A stretch of DNA of 62,009 nucleotides, filler included, from Nitrospinae bacterium RIFCSPLOWO2_12_FULL_45_22 (GTDB lineage Bacteria > 2-12-FULL-45-22): assembly GCA_001803565.1 (NCBI GenBank). It is 7 parts of 7 records of this genome, joined end to end, with 100 filler letters (N's around TTAATTAATTAA, not from the genome) between each part and the next. Parts side by side here need not be neighbours in the genome. Positions count along the whole stretch, not along the records: positions 18,870 to 35,406 come from MHDQ01000165.1; 6 more parts are not named here. The stretch is one strand, 5' to 3'. Below the pieces are notes generated by a model. The model made no database searches. It was given only the letters and a program-made list of their open reading frames with translations, and was not told the DNA's origin. Positions 18,870 through 30,465 of the stretch are shown in pieces. Every line of letters starts with the position of its first letter. The stretch's first letter is position 1. A program made the translations under genes and the position numbers.

Positions 18870-21331
18870 CGCAGAAATGTATGCGGGTGAGTGGTAAGCA
18901 TAATGACTTAGAGACCGTCGGCCGTACCGCCCGGCATCATACCTTCTTTGAGATGCTGGGCAATTTTTCCTTTGGGGACTATTTTAAGGAAGGGGCTATT
19001 GATTATGGCTGGGAATTCTTAACCCAGGACCTGGCCCTCCCTAAAGATAGGCTCTGGATAACCATCTTTCGGGAAGATGATGAGGCATTTGACCTCTGGC
19101 ACAAGAAAGTCGGCATACCCAGTCACCGGATTATCCGCATGGACGAGAAGGATAATTTTTGGGCTATGGGTGAGACCGGGCCTTGCGGCCCCTGTTCTGA
19201 AATACATCTTGACCAGGGAGCCGCCGTAGGCTGTGGTCAGCCTTCATGTAGTGTGGCTTGTGAGTGTGACAGGTTTCTGGAGCTCTGGAACCTGGTGTTT
19301 ATGCAGTATGAGCGCGATAGCTCTGGCCAGATGTCACCTTTACCCAGGCCCAGTGTAGATACTGGCATGGGATTAGAAAGGCTGGCTGCAGTCATACAAG
19401 GTCAGGTGAGCAATTTCTCTACTGACCTCCTCCGTCCTATTATTAGTTATGTAGAAGAACTAGCCGAAAAAGGGTATGGGGATAAGCCTGAGTGGGATAT
19501 CTCATTGCGGGTAATAGCCGATCACTTGCGGGCCCTCACCTTCCTCATAACCGATGGGATACTCCCTTCTAATGAAGGCCGGGGCTATGTCTTGCGCCGC
19601 CTTTTACGGCGGGCTAGCCGCCACGGCCGCAATCTTTTATTAAAAGAGCCCTTCCTTTATAAGGCCGCTGGTGTAGTTGTAGACCTGATGAGGGATACCT
19701 ATCCTGAGTTAGAGAGTGCCCGTAATTATATTGCCCGGGTATTGTTGTATGAAGAAGAGCGTTTCTCTCATACGTTGGACTATGGCCTCAAGCTCCTCTT
19801 CCAGGTCATGGACGATATTCAAGGCCAGGGAAAATCTGTTATCCCAGGCAAGGAGGTTTTTAAGCTCTATGACACCTTTGGCTTTCCACTGGATATAACT
19901 CAGGAGATAGCCCAGGAAAAGGGCTTTTCTTTAGACCTGGCTGGTTTTGAAAATGCCATGGCTACTCAGCGAGAATTGGCCCGCCAGTCCTGGAAAGGAG
20001 CGGCAGAAGCGCAGGTAAAACCGCTATACCAGGCATTGTCAGTGGAGACAGGCAAAGTTAAATTTATTGGCTACCAGCAACTGACGGGGCAAGCCCCAGT
20101 ATTGGCTATTATAGACGGAGACGAACGCTGTACCGAAGCTATTGAAGGAAAGACCGTAGAAATTGTCCTGGCAGAAACCCCTTTTTATGGCGAAGCTGGT
20201 GGTCAGGTAGGGGACGCAGGCATTTTGAAGAATGACGGGGTGCTGATAGAGGTCATAGATACCCAGAGACCCTTACCTGAAGTGATCTGCCACCGCGGGG
20301 TCATAAAAAAAGGCGTACTAAAAACGGGTATGGTATTAGAAGGATCGGTTGATAAAGGACGGCGGGAGGCCCTGGCCCACAGCCATTCTGCTACCCATCT
20401 GCTACAAGCTGCCTTGCGGGAAGTATTGGGTGATCATGTGAAGCAAGCCGGGTCATTAGTAGCGCCGGATAGGCTCCGCTTCGATTTTACCCATTTCTCA
20501 CCCCTTACTGAGCGGGAAAAGAGGCGGGTGGAAGAGATGGTTAATGAGAGGGTCTGGGATAACCTGCCCGTTATTACCGCAGTGATGCCTTTGGAAGAAG
20601 CGGTGGAGCACGGCGCTATGGCCTTATTTGGTGAGAAATATGATCCCCAGGTACGGGTAGTCAAGATGGGAGATTATAGTACCGAGGTATGCGGTGGTAC
20701 TCATACCCAAAATACCGCCTCGGTGCGGCTTTTCAAGATAATCTCTGAAGGCGGTATAGCGGCTGGTGTACGCCGTATAGAAGCCCTGACCGCTGTAGAG
20801 GCATACAAGTATATCCTTAAGGAAGAGGATGCCTTAGACGAGGTGCGGGAGCTAATCAAGGCAAAACCCTTCGAAGAGGCCGATAGATTAAGACGTCTCA
20901 TAGAACAGGCCCGGGGTACGGAAAAGGAATTGAGCCGGTTAAAAGATAAGATGGCGGGAACAAAGGTGCAGGACCTGGACGCTCTCGTGGTAGAGGTTAA
21001 AGGGGTAAAGGTGTTGGCGGTGGAGCTGGAAAACCTGGATATGAATGCCCTGAGGAACTTTGTAGATACCGCTAAGGCCAAAATAAAATCAGGGGTGGTG
21101 GTAGCCGGTGCTGTGATGGATGGTAAGGTTGCCTTAGTCAGTGGAGTAACCAAAGACCTGACCCAGCGGCTGCATGCTGGCGAGCTGGTGAAAGGGGTAG
21201 CAGCTATTGTCGGTGGTAGTGGTGGTGGCCGGGCAGACATGGCCCAGGCAGGAGGCAAGGATGCTGCCCGTCTCAAAGAAGCCCTGGCTAAAGTAAAAGA
21301 ACTAGTAGAAATATCCCTAAATAAACTATAA
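18870..21331 (+). CDS. alaS: Alanine--tRNA ligase, 5' truncated
   Basis: QKCMR...HHTFFEMLGNFSFGDYFK, DTGMGLERL, HSATHLL, EVCGGTH, GGGRADMAQAGG. Confidence 0.98.
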
Positions 21332-21340
21332 TCATTTTTA

Positions 21341-21525
21341 GGCATCCTTTATTTTGCCCAAAAAGTAGTTAACACTTTTAGTCAATAAAATTATCTTACT
21401 AATTTACCGCAGAGATCACAGAGAAAGCTACTCTCTGGCCCCTCCGCGGGCTCTGCGCTCTCTGCGGTGAAGAGTTAAAAAATATTTTCCTTTTGTCAAA
21501 TTGTTAACTACTTTGGAAGGATGCC
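21341..21525. repeat. Triple-nested inverted repeat between convergent alaS and megL (terminator-like outer stem with inserted palindromes)
   Basis: GGCATCCTT 21341-21349 / AAGGATGCC 21517-21525; AAAGTAGTTAACA 21362-21374 / TGTTAACTACTTT 21502-21514; ACCGCAGAGATCACAGAG 21406-21423 / CTCTGCGCTCTCTGCGGT 21451-21468. Confidence 0.8.
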
Positions 21526-21533
21526 CATTTTTA

Positions 21534-22721
21534 TCAGCATTTTTCTAGGGCCTGCTCCAGATCCCTGATTATATCTTTCAGGTCCTCGATCCCCAACGAT
21601 AACCTAATAAGACCATCAGTAATGCCCGCAGCTAGCCGCTCTTCTTCTGACACATGGGCATGAGTCATAGTGGCCGGGTGCTCAATCAGGGTCTCTACAT
21701 TACCCAGACTGACTGCCAGGACACATAATTGGACACTATTCATTAGCTTGATCGCACTCTCCAGGCCCCCTTTTACGACAAAAGTAACCATACCGCCAAA
21801 TCCCCGGGCTTGCTCTTTGGCTAATTGGTGCTGCCGGTGAGATGGTAGCCCGGGGTAGATAACCTTTTCTATTTTCGGGTGTCCTTCCAGGAGCTGCGCT
21901 ACCGCCATAGCATTCTCACAATGCTTCTCCATCCTTAAGGCCAGGGTAGTCAGACCCCGCAAAATAAATAGGCTATTAAAGGGAGAAATGATCCCACCGG
22001 TATCTTTAAGGACTTCTAGCCGGGCTCTTTTTATAAACTCCTTATCCCCTATAATTACTCCCGCAATAGTATCGCCATGCCCGCAAAGGTATTTAGTAGC
22101 ACTGTGGACAACCACATCCACCCCAAGCTTTAAAGGATTTTGTAGATATGGTGTCATAAAGGTATTATCCACCACTACCTTAATTCCCCATTTTTTAGCT
22201 ACCTCTACGCAGCCACGGATGTCTATCAGTTTCAAGGTAGGATTAGCTGGGGTTTCAAAATAGATTAATTTAGTGTTCCCTCTAATAGCGGCTTTAAGGT
22301 TATTCAGATCAGAGGCATCAATAAAAGTGACTTCTATACCCAGTCTTTCTGTAAGGATATGGGAGAATAAAGTATGGGTGCAGCCATACAGGGTCTCATC
22401 AGCTACTATATGGTCCCCGGTCCGGCAGAGGGTGAAGATAGTAGTAGCAATAGCTGCCATACCCGAGGCCGTAGCCAGGGCAGCCTCTCCTTCTTCCAGG
22501 ATAGCTATCTTGTCCTCCAGGACGGTTTGAGTTGGGTTACCCAGGCGGGTATAAATATACCCTTCTTTTTTCCCGGCAAAGAGTTCCGCCCCTTCTTCTA
22601 CACTATTGAAGAGGAAAGTAGAAGTTTGATATATAGGAGTGACTATAGTTTTTATGTCTGAAGGGAGCCGATGGCGAATATGGATAGATTTAGTACTAAA
22701 GCCAGCATCTTTCAAGTACAT
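21534..22721 (-). CDS. megL: Methionine gamma-lyase (PLP-dependent trans-sulfuration family)
   Basis: YIYTRLGNPT, SGMAAI, LYGCT (Cys typical of MGL), FETPANP, HSATKYLCGHGD, HPATMTH. Confidence 0.85.
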   Translation of the reverse strand: MYLKDAGFSTKSIHIRHRLPSDIKTIVTPIYQTSTFLFNSVEEGAELFAGKKEGYIYTRLGNPTQTVLEDKIAILEEGEAALATASGMAAIATTIFTLCRTGDHIVADETLYGCTHTLFSHILTERLGIEVTFIDASDLNNLKAAIRGNTKLIYFETPANPTLKLIDIRGCVEVAKKWGIKVVVDNTFMTPYLQNPLKLGVDVVVHSATKYLCGHGDTIAGVIIGDKEFIKRARLEVLKDTGGIISPFNSLFILRGLTTLALRMEKHCENAMAVAQLLEGHPKIEKVIYPGLPSHRQHQLAKEQARGFGGMVTFVVKGGLESAIKLMNSVQLCVLAVSLGNVETLIEHPATMTHAHVSEEERLAAGITDGLIRLSLGIEDLKDIIRDLEQALEKC

Positions 22722-22811
22722 AATTCCTCCTTAAGTCTTAAAGTCTTACACCTTGCACTTTACGTTTTGAGCCTGGTAATAACTTAGTGCATGAATGCTT
22801 CTGTTGACTCA

Positions 22812-22840
22812 ATTATGGGCGAGAGAGGAATAAAAATCAA
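22812..22840 (-). promoter_or_regulatory. Putative sigma70 promoter of megL
   Basis: Minus strand TTGATT, 17-nt spacer, CATAAT. Confidence 0.45.
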
Positions 22841-22957
22841 GGAAAAACCAGGAGGCGCAAGTCAACAGATATTCTTGTCTTTTGCCAGGGCCTAGATTAA
22901 GATAGTTTAGTAACTATGGGCCCTTACTTTCAACCTGAATCCAGGGTTAAAACAAAG

Positions 22958-23113
22958 GTAACAGTTTAGCTAAATTAAGATTATAAACCATAAAAACAAG
23001 TAACTGACAATCAAATGGAATATGTAGTGGCAGAGCTTGCTCTGCTAAATAAAGTCGAGCAAGCTCGACCACTACAGAAATCCTTGGAATACTTTATCTG
23101 GCTAAACAGTTAC
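22958..23113. repeat. GTAG-type REP doublet nested inside a GTAAC...GTTAC inverted repeat
   Basis: GTAGTGGCAGAGCTTGCTCTGC (23024-23045) and GTCGAGCAAGCTCGACCACTAC (23054-23075), enclosed by GTAACAGTTTAGC (22958-22970) / GCTAAACAGTTAC (23101-23113). Confidence 0.75.
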
Positions 23114-23173
23114 AAACAAAGTAACATCCCTGCCTGTGTTACGGCAGACAGGCTGTGAGGGGAGTCCCTTTAT

Positions 23174-24222
23174 ATGTCCCAGATGCCAGGGTATGGTAGA
23201 GAACATAAGCCGCACCTACTGTCCGTGAAAGGGATCAGTACCTATTTTTATAATTCTCACGGTGAGATAAAGGCGGTAGAAGACGTATCCTTTACCCTGG
23301 GAGAAGCAGAGGTATTGGGATTAGTAGGAGAATCAGGTTGTGGCAAGACCGTGACTGCCTTATCTATNNNNNNNNNNNNTCTATCCTGCGACTAGTCCCG
23401 GACCCGCCTGGTAGGATCATTAAAGGAGAGGTATGGTTCCAAGACCGGGATCTGCTGACATTACCTATCAGAGAGATGACCAATATCCGGGGCAGAGAGA
23501 TAGCTATGATATTCCAGGATCCGGCTATGGCCCTTAATCCTGTTTTTAGGGTAGGGGAGCAGGTTGCCGAGGGATTGATTTTTCACAAAAATATGACCAG
23601 GAAGCAAGCCAGGCAAGAGGCCATAGAATTATTAAGGTTAGTAGGAATCCCTTTGCCCCAGAAAAGGTTCCAGGAGTATCCCCATCAGTTAAGTGGTGGC
23701 ATGAAACAGCGGGTAATGATAGCTATTGCCATATCCTGCCACCCTAAATTATTGTTAGCTGATGAGCCTACCACTGCCCTGGATGTTACTGTCCAGGCCC
23801 AGATTCTGGATTTGCTGCTCCACCTGAAAGAAGAGTTGAAGACCTCTATTATTCTTATAACCCATGACCTTGGGGTGATAGCAGAGAGGGCCCAGAGGGT
23901 AATAGTCATGTATGCCGGTAAGGTGGTAGAAGAAGCGCCGGTAGCCCCCCTCTTTCAGGAGCCCAGACACCCCTATACCCAGGGCCTGTTAGCCACTACC
24001 CGCAACTTAGGGGTTAATAGTGGAAACAGACGGAATAGGCTAAAGGAAATACCAGGCAGCGTCCCTACCCTACCGGGTTTTATTAAGGGATGCCAATTTC
24101 ACCCCCGTTGCCCATCTGCCCATGAGCCCTGCCGCGAATATGAACCACGACTGAGAGAGATACAGGAGGGGCACTGGGTGGCTTGCTGGCTCTACCCGTC
24201 TGCCGGGAGAGATACCGAATAA
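23174..24222 (+). CDS. Oligopeptide/dipeptide ABC transporter ATP-binding protein (OppD/DppD-like); one gene split by a 12-N gap
   Basis: GESGCGKT before the gap; [17 protein letters not shown] and C-terminal GCQFHPRC after it. TCTAT on both sides of the N-run indicates an overlap giving ...TALSILRL.... Confidence 0.9.
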
Positions 24223-24249
24223 TAAAGACGAATTATGCCTGCTTAATGG

Positions 24250-24300
24250 GTAGCCGCAACCTTCAGGTTGCGTTAATCGCAGGCTAAAGCCTGCGCCTAC
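24250..24300. repeat. GTAG-type REP doublet
   Basis: GTAGCCGCAACCTTCAGGTTGCG (24250-24272) and inverted CGCAGGCTAAAGCCTGCGCCTAC (24278-24300). Confidence 0.8.
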
Positions 24301-24342
24301 CAATTTTTGCCCCACCCCGTAACTGAGGGATTGGGATAAGAG

Positions 24343-25323
24343 ATGCCTGACGAAAAGACAAATATATTATTGGTCAAGGGATTAAAGAAATATTTTCCTG
24401 TTTCTAGGGGAATATTCTCGCAGCAAGCCGATTATGTAAGGGCGGTAGATGGCGTTGATTTAGAACTTCAGAGCAGAGAAACCCTTAGCTTAGTCGGAGA
24501 AAGTGGCTGTGGTAAGACGACCCTGGCACGGCTCATAGCGGCTATCTTACCAAAAAACCAGGGGCAGATATTATATCGTCAAATGGACCTAGACCTTCTG
24601 TCCAAAAAGGAGATAAGGCAACTGCGGCGCCATATACAGCTTATTTTCCAGGACCCTTATGCTTCCTTAAACCCCCGGATGCTGGTAGGAGATATTGTGC
24701 GGGAACCGCTGGTCATCCATAGGGTCGGGAACCGGCTTCAACAGCAAGAGCGGGTAGCCGCTCTCTTAGAGCGGGTGGGCCTACAACCGGCTTATATGAA
24801 GCGCTATCCCCATGAATTCAGTGGTGGTCAGCGGCAGCGGATAGCCATTGCCCGGGCCCTAGCTACTATGCCAGATTTGATCATAGCTGATGAGCCCATA
24901 TCAGCCCTCGATGTTTCTATCCAGGCCCAGATTATCAATTTGCTGCAGGACTTACAAGAGGACCTTGATCTGGCTTATATCATTATTACCCATGACCTGA
25001 GGATTGTGGGGCATATAAGCCACCGGGTGGCAGTAATGTATTTGGGTAAGATAGTAGAAGTTGGGCCGGTTGAGGATATCTATACCTCTCCCCAGCACCC
25101 CTATACAGAGATACTATTAGCATCAATACCCTGGCCTGACCCAACCGAGAAAAAGAAAAAGATTATCTTAACTGGCGAACCACCCAGCCCGATTAATCCC
25201 CCGCCTGGTTGCTATTTTCACCCCCGCTGTCCCTATGCCTTTGAGCCGTGTAACAGGCAAGAGCCTCGGTTGAAGAGCCTGGACCAAGGTCATTATGTAG
25301 CTTGCCATCTAAGGGCTGGCTAA
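24343..25323 (+). CDS. Oligopeptide/dipeptide ABC transporter ATP-binding protein (OppF/DppF-like)
   Basis: [37 protein letters not shown]. Confidence 0.93.
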   Translation: MPDEKTNILLVKGLKKYFPVSRGIFSQQADYVRAVDGVDLELQSRETLSLVGESGCGKTTLARLIAAILPKNQGQILYRQMDLDLLSKKEIRQLRRHIQLIFQDPYASLNPRMLVGDIVREPLVIHRVGNRLQQQERVAALLERVGLQPAYMKRYPHEFSGGQRQRIAIARALATMPDLIIADEPISALDVSIQAQIINLLQDLQEDLDLAYIIITHDLRIVGHISHRVAVMYLGKIVEVGPVEDIYTSPQHPYTEILLASIPWPDPTEKKKKIILTGEPPSPINPPPGCYFHPRCPYAFEPCNRQEPRLKSLDQGHYVACHLRAG

Positions 25324-26105
25324 TAAAGACCATCAGGGAAAGTACATACCGCAGCATGTTTACCCAGGGTTTTAAACATGGTGGGCGGTTCCCAGGGTTT
25401 ACCCAGGATACCATCATGGATAGCCCAGCTCCTGCCCCGGAAGGTCTTCTCGGCCCCCCTTCGCCTAAAGGGCGAAGAGTCATCCAGCCGGTTATAGGGG
25501 ATACCTCCTGGGGAAAAGCCCTGATGGATTTCCTCCATATACCTTCGCCCCCTTGAGTAGCCAAAGCCATATTTCTCGTAAAAAAGGGTGCTATGGTAGG
25601 TCAAGGGCTCTAGTACATAGAGCTTTTTGTCTAAGCGGGTGACAAACTCCTCCATCCGGGGAAAGAACTTACCTATCATCCTTAGGCCCTTGCGAACCTG
25701 ACCAGGGCCTAGACCTGCCTTCATGGCCCGTTCTTCTTCTTTTAGATTTCGGCGGTAGGTGCCAAAATAAGTATCCCTGCCCTCGTCGTCAATATCTATA
25801 TTAAATCGCTCAGACTCTACGTCGTTAATAATTATAAAGGAGAGTTCTATCTGGTGGGAGCGTGTATCAGACAGATCAAGGCTAAAAACGGGGTCTCGAT
25901 CATCTAGCTTGCGCTTCAATTCTATCCGCATGAAATGCAGGCCACTAGTGCAGTGGATCCTTACCAGCCGTTCGCCATCATTACCTTTCAAGGTATCAGG
26001 GTCTATTTGGTAGCGTAAGAACACCTCATGGGGGATTAATATCTTATATATCCTCTCTTTTTCTCCTGGCGAGAGGTTATTTATAGCATAAATAGAGTCT
26101 ATCAT
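25320..26105 (-). CDS. Hypothetical protein, possibly GNAT-like fold
   Basis: 261-aa ORF of normal composition; GLGPGQVRKGLR and YHSTLFYEKYGF resemble GNAT acyl-CoA-binding motifs. Confidence 0.65.
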   Translation of the reverse strand: MIDSIYAINNLSPGEKERIYKILIPHEVFLRYQIDPDTLKGNDGERLVRIHCTSGLHFMRIELKRKLDDRDPVFSLDLSDTRSHQIELSFIIINDVESERFNIDIDDEGRDTYFGTYRRNLKEEERAMKAGLGPGQVRKGLRMIGKFFPRMEEFVTRLDKKLYVLEPLTYHSTLFYEKYGFGYSRGRRYMEEIHQGFSPGGIPYNRLDDSSPFRRRGAEKTFRGRSWAIHDGILGKPWEPPTMFKTLGKHAAVCTFPDGLY

Positions 26106-26285
26106 GAGTTAAGATAATATCGGGTAACAGTTCCCCGGGGTCAAGGATCAACCGGCTCCTGTTCCCTAAATAACCTTCTTATAACCTTACCCTTTATGGA
26201 TTGGCTTAGGGAATTATACTTAATGAGCACGAGGGGAGTCAACTTGATAGCATAGGAATTTTCATTTTATCAATGCGGTTTTGGG

Positions 26286-26308
26286 GTAGTGGCAGGCTTT
26301 AGCCTGCG
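26286..26308 (+). repeat. Single GTAG-type REP unit
   Basis: GTAGTGGCAGGCTTTAGCCTGCG, same hairpin as the 24278-24300 unit on the opposite strand. Confidence 0.7.
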
Positions 26309-26361
26309 TTAATTTGACATTGACACCTTTAAACCCCTCCAAGTTTGACTCCAAGTTTAAC

Positions 26362-26390
26362 TTGACTCACCCCATTGCTCCTGATAGAAT
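26362..26390 (+). promoter_or_regulatory. Sigma70 promoter for the mutL-guaB-guaA-dnaE run
   Basis: TTGACT (26362-26367), 17-nt spacer, TAGAAT (26385-26390) with extended TG. Confidence 0.65.
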
Positions 26391-26447
26391 TAAAAACCAG
26401 GTTAAAGTGTTATAAATTCCTATATTTAGCTACATTTTAGGAACTCA

Positions 26448-28222
26448 ATGGCCCCAAGGATAAAGATCCTGCCTGAAGACCTGGCCAATAAGATTGCTGC
26501 CGGAGAAGTAATAGAAAGGCCTGCTTCAGTAATAAAAGAATTAGTGGAAAATTCCATAGATGCCCGGGCGAAGAACCTTTTTATAGAAGTGAGAGGGAGC
26601 GGTAAACATTTAATCCGGGTGGAAGATAATGGGGAGGGTATGGAGCGGGATGATGCCCTATTGGCTTTTGAGCGGCATGCTACCAGCAAGATAAAATCAG
26701 TGGAAGATCTACATGCTATAAACAGTTTAGGGTTTCGGGGAGAGGCCCTGCCGAGTATTGCTTCGGTATCGCGTATTAAGCTCCGGACTTGCGGTGACAA
26801 AGAGGGTGCCGGGGTCTATGTGGAACTCGAGGGCGGAAGGATTAAAAAGGTGGAAGAAATTGGGTTCCCGCAAGGGACTACTCTAGAGGTACGGAATTTA
26901 TTTTTCAATACCCCGGCCCGGTTAAAATTCCTCAAAACTGACTCTACTGAACTAGGCCATATCTGTCAGATAATTACCCAGCAAGCTTTAGCCCGGCCCA
27001 CTATCTCTTTTAAACTTAATCATGAACAACGTCCTCTTATCCAGCTACCCAGCACTAATGACTATCTCACTCGCCTGGTCTCCCTTTTTGGCCTGGATTT
27101 TAGCCGGTGTCTGATCCCTATAGAAATATCCCACCCTTCTTTGCTTGAAGCTACAGGCTTTATCTCACCGCCTAGTTTCCAGCACAGCAGCCGAAAATAT
27201 CAATATATCTACCTGAATAGCCGCGGTGTAAGGAGCAAAATTATTCAACAAAGCATCAGCGATGCCTATCACACCTATTTGCCCAAAGAAAAATACCCGG
27301 CAGTCTTTTTATTTATCAGCTTAGAGCCAGCCCTGGTAGATTGCAACGTCCACCCAACAAAGATAGAGGTACGCCTGAGGCGAGAGAGGGAAATCTATGC
27401 CCTCTTACTAGAGGGTATCAGAAAGACCCTATGGGACCAGAGCAAAAAGGGGATTGGTCTGCCTCAAATAAGTATTCCACCCGATCAGGCTGCTACTGAA
27501 GAAAGGCATCAAGTAGCAAAAGCACAGGGGGAAAGGCCGGCGAAAAGATTTGGAACCCTCAGCCCGATCAATGAAAATGTAGGAAAAAAGACCAGCCCCC
27601 GGACCTTTCCGGAACAACTCTTCCCCTCCTCGTCCTTTGCCTGGCAAGACCCCTGGATTCCTATCGGCCAGATCCAGAACTCTTTTATCCTTATCGAGAA
27701 CCGGAATGCAGTGCTGGTAATTGATCAACATGGTGCCCACGAAAGAATAATCTTTGAAGAATTGAGACAAAACTTAGGTAAAAGCCATAAGAGTCAAGAA
27801 CTCCTTATCAGGGAAAGCATTAGCCTGACAAAGGCAGAGATGCTCTTGCTGGAACAGCATTTAAGAGATTTTGAGAAGCTAGGCTTCCATCTAGAACCAT
27901 TTGGTGAAAATATCTTCATAATCCGTACTATACCGGCTATGCTGGTAGGAAAAGATTATAAACAGGTTATCCGGGATATGCTTGATAAACTAGCCGAGAC
28001 AGGCAAGTTAAAGTCTTTAGAAGAATCCGTAGAAGAGATGATGATGGTAATAGCATGCCATGCCGCGGTGAAGGCCCATGAACCGCTTCAACCCAGGGAA
28101 ATGGAGACCCTTATCCGGCAGCTTAGGGCCCTGGGGCCTTCCCATACCTGCCCTCATGGCAGGCCTATTATACAAAGCCTGCCCATTGAGGATATCAAGA
28201 AGAAATTTATGCGACATAATTA

Positions 28223-28223
<1 letters not shown>
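26448..28223 (+). CDS. mutL: DNA mismatch repair endonuclease MutL
   Basis: IAAGEVIERPASVIKELVENSIDA, GFRGEAL; endonuclease motifs DQHGAHERIIFE, ACH, CPHGRP. Confidence 0.97.
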
Positions 28224-29785
<1,562 letters not shown>

Positions 29786-29786
29786 A

Positions 29787-29860
29787 CGTAAACGTTCACC
29801 GCTTAATTTTTTTGTGTCCCATCTGAGCAGGCTTTGCGCCCTAGGCGGTGAACGGGTACG
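29787..29860. repeat. Inverted-repeat element
   Basis: CGTAAACGTTCACCGC (29787-29802) / GCGGTGAACGGGTACG (29845-29860), complementary at 14/16. Confidence 0.7.
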
Positions 29861-29896
29861 ACTTCCATTTTTTTAGGTAGGTAAACGGAGGGGGAG

Positions 29897-30454
29897 ATGA
29901 ACAGAGCAATTAGACTCACATTGATAGCTACCATTATGTTGTTAGTGAATCTAACCAGGGGCTTTGCCGTCGAGGTAGCTCCCCGGATTTCTGATCGGGA
30001 GATAATTGAGGGCCTTGCCGCAATAAGGGCTGATATAAAAGTCCTGTCTCAAAAGATAGATGGCCTGGATAAGAGGATAGATAGCCTAGATAAGAGGATA
30101 GATGGCATAGAGAAAAGCTTAAGTCAAAGGATAGATGGCCTGGATAAGAGGATAGATAGCGTAGAGAAAAGCTTAAGTCAAAGGATAGATAGCCTGGATA
30201 AGAGGATAGATAGCGTAGAGAAAAGCTTAAGTCAAAGGATAGATAGCCTGGAAAATCTAATGTATATAATGATAGCTGGTATATTTGGCCTTATTGGTTT
30301 TGTAGTATGGGACAGAAGGACTGCATTAAAACCGGCAATGGATAGGATTGGGAAGCTGGAGAGAGAAGAAGAGGATCTAAAAAGGGCCCTTAGAGAATAT
30401 GCCAAACAAGAGCCGGGATTTGCGGAGATACTTAAGAATATAGGTATCCTTTAG
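29897..30454 (+). CDS. Signal peptide + coiled-coil repeat stalk + TM + WDRRT tail protein, between guaB and guaA
   Basis: [18 protein letters not shown]; repeats [18 protein letters not shown]; TM followed by WDRRT. Confidence 0.8.
   Translation: MNRAIRLTLIATIMLLVNLTRGFAVEVAPRISDREIIEGLAAIRADIKVLSQKIDGLDKRIDSLDKRIDGIEKSLSQRIDGLDKRIDSVEKSLSQRIDSLDKRIDSVEKSLSQRIDSLENLMYIMIAGIFGLIGFVVWDRRTALKPAMDRIGKLEREEEDLKRALREYAKQEPGFAEILKNIGIL
30047..30250 (+). repeat. Intragenic tandem repeat, 54-bp unit built from 21- and 33-bp subunits
   Basis: Near-identical copies of AGTCAAAGGATAGATRGCCTGGATAAGAGGATAGATAGCGTAGAGAAAAGCTTA. Confidence 0.9.
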
Positions 30455-30465
30455 AGAGGCACAGG

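Noticed and set aside
20701-21345. 214-aa antisense ORF, and the many other short ORFs opposite or overlapping long genes
   Set aside because: Shadow ORFs of well-supported genes (alaS, guaB, guaA, rSAMs and others), with no motifs or RBS.
23338-23395. Apparent frameshift or split of the oppD-like gene
   Set aside because: Caused by a 12-N gap with TCTAT duplicated on both sides; merging restores one reading frame.
30047-30250. Regular repeats that might be a CRISPR array
   Set aside because: No unique spacers; these are in-frame coding repeats of a coiled coil. No CRISPR array was found anywhere in the window.
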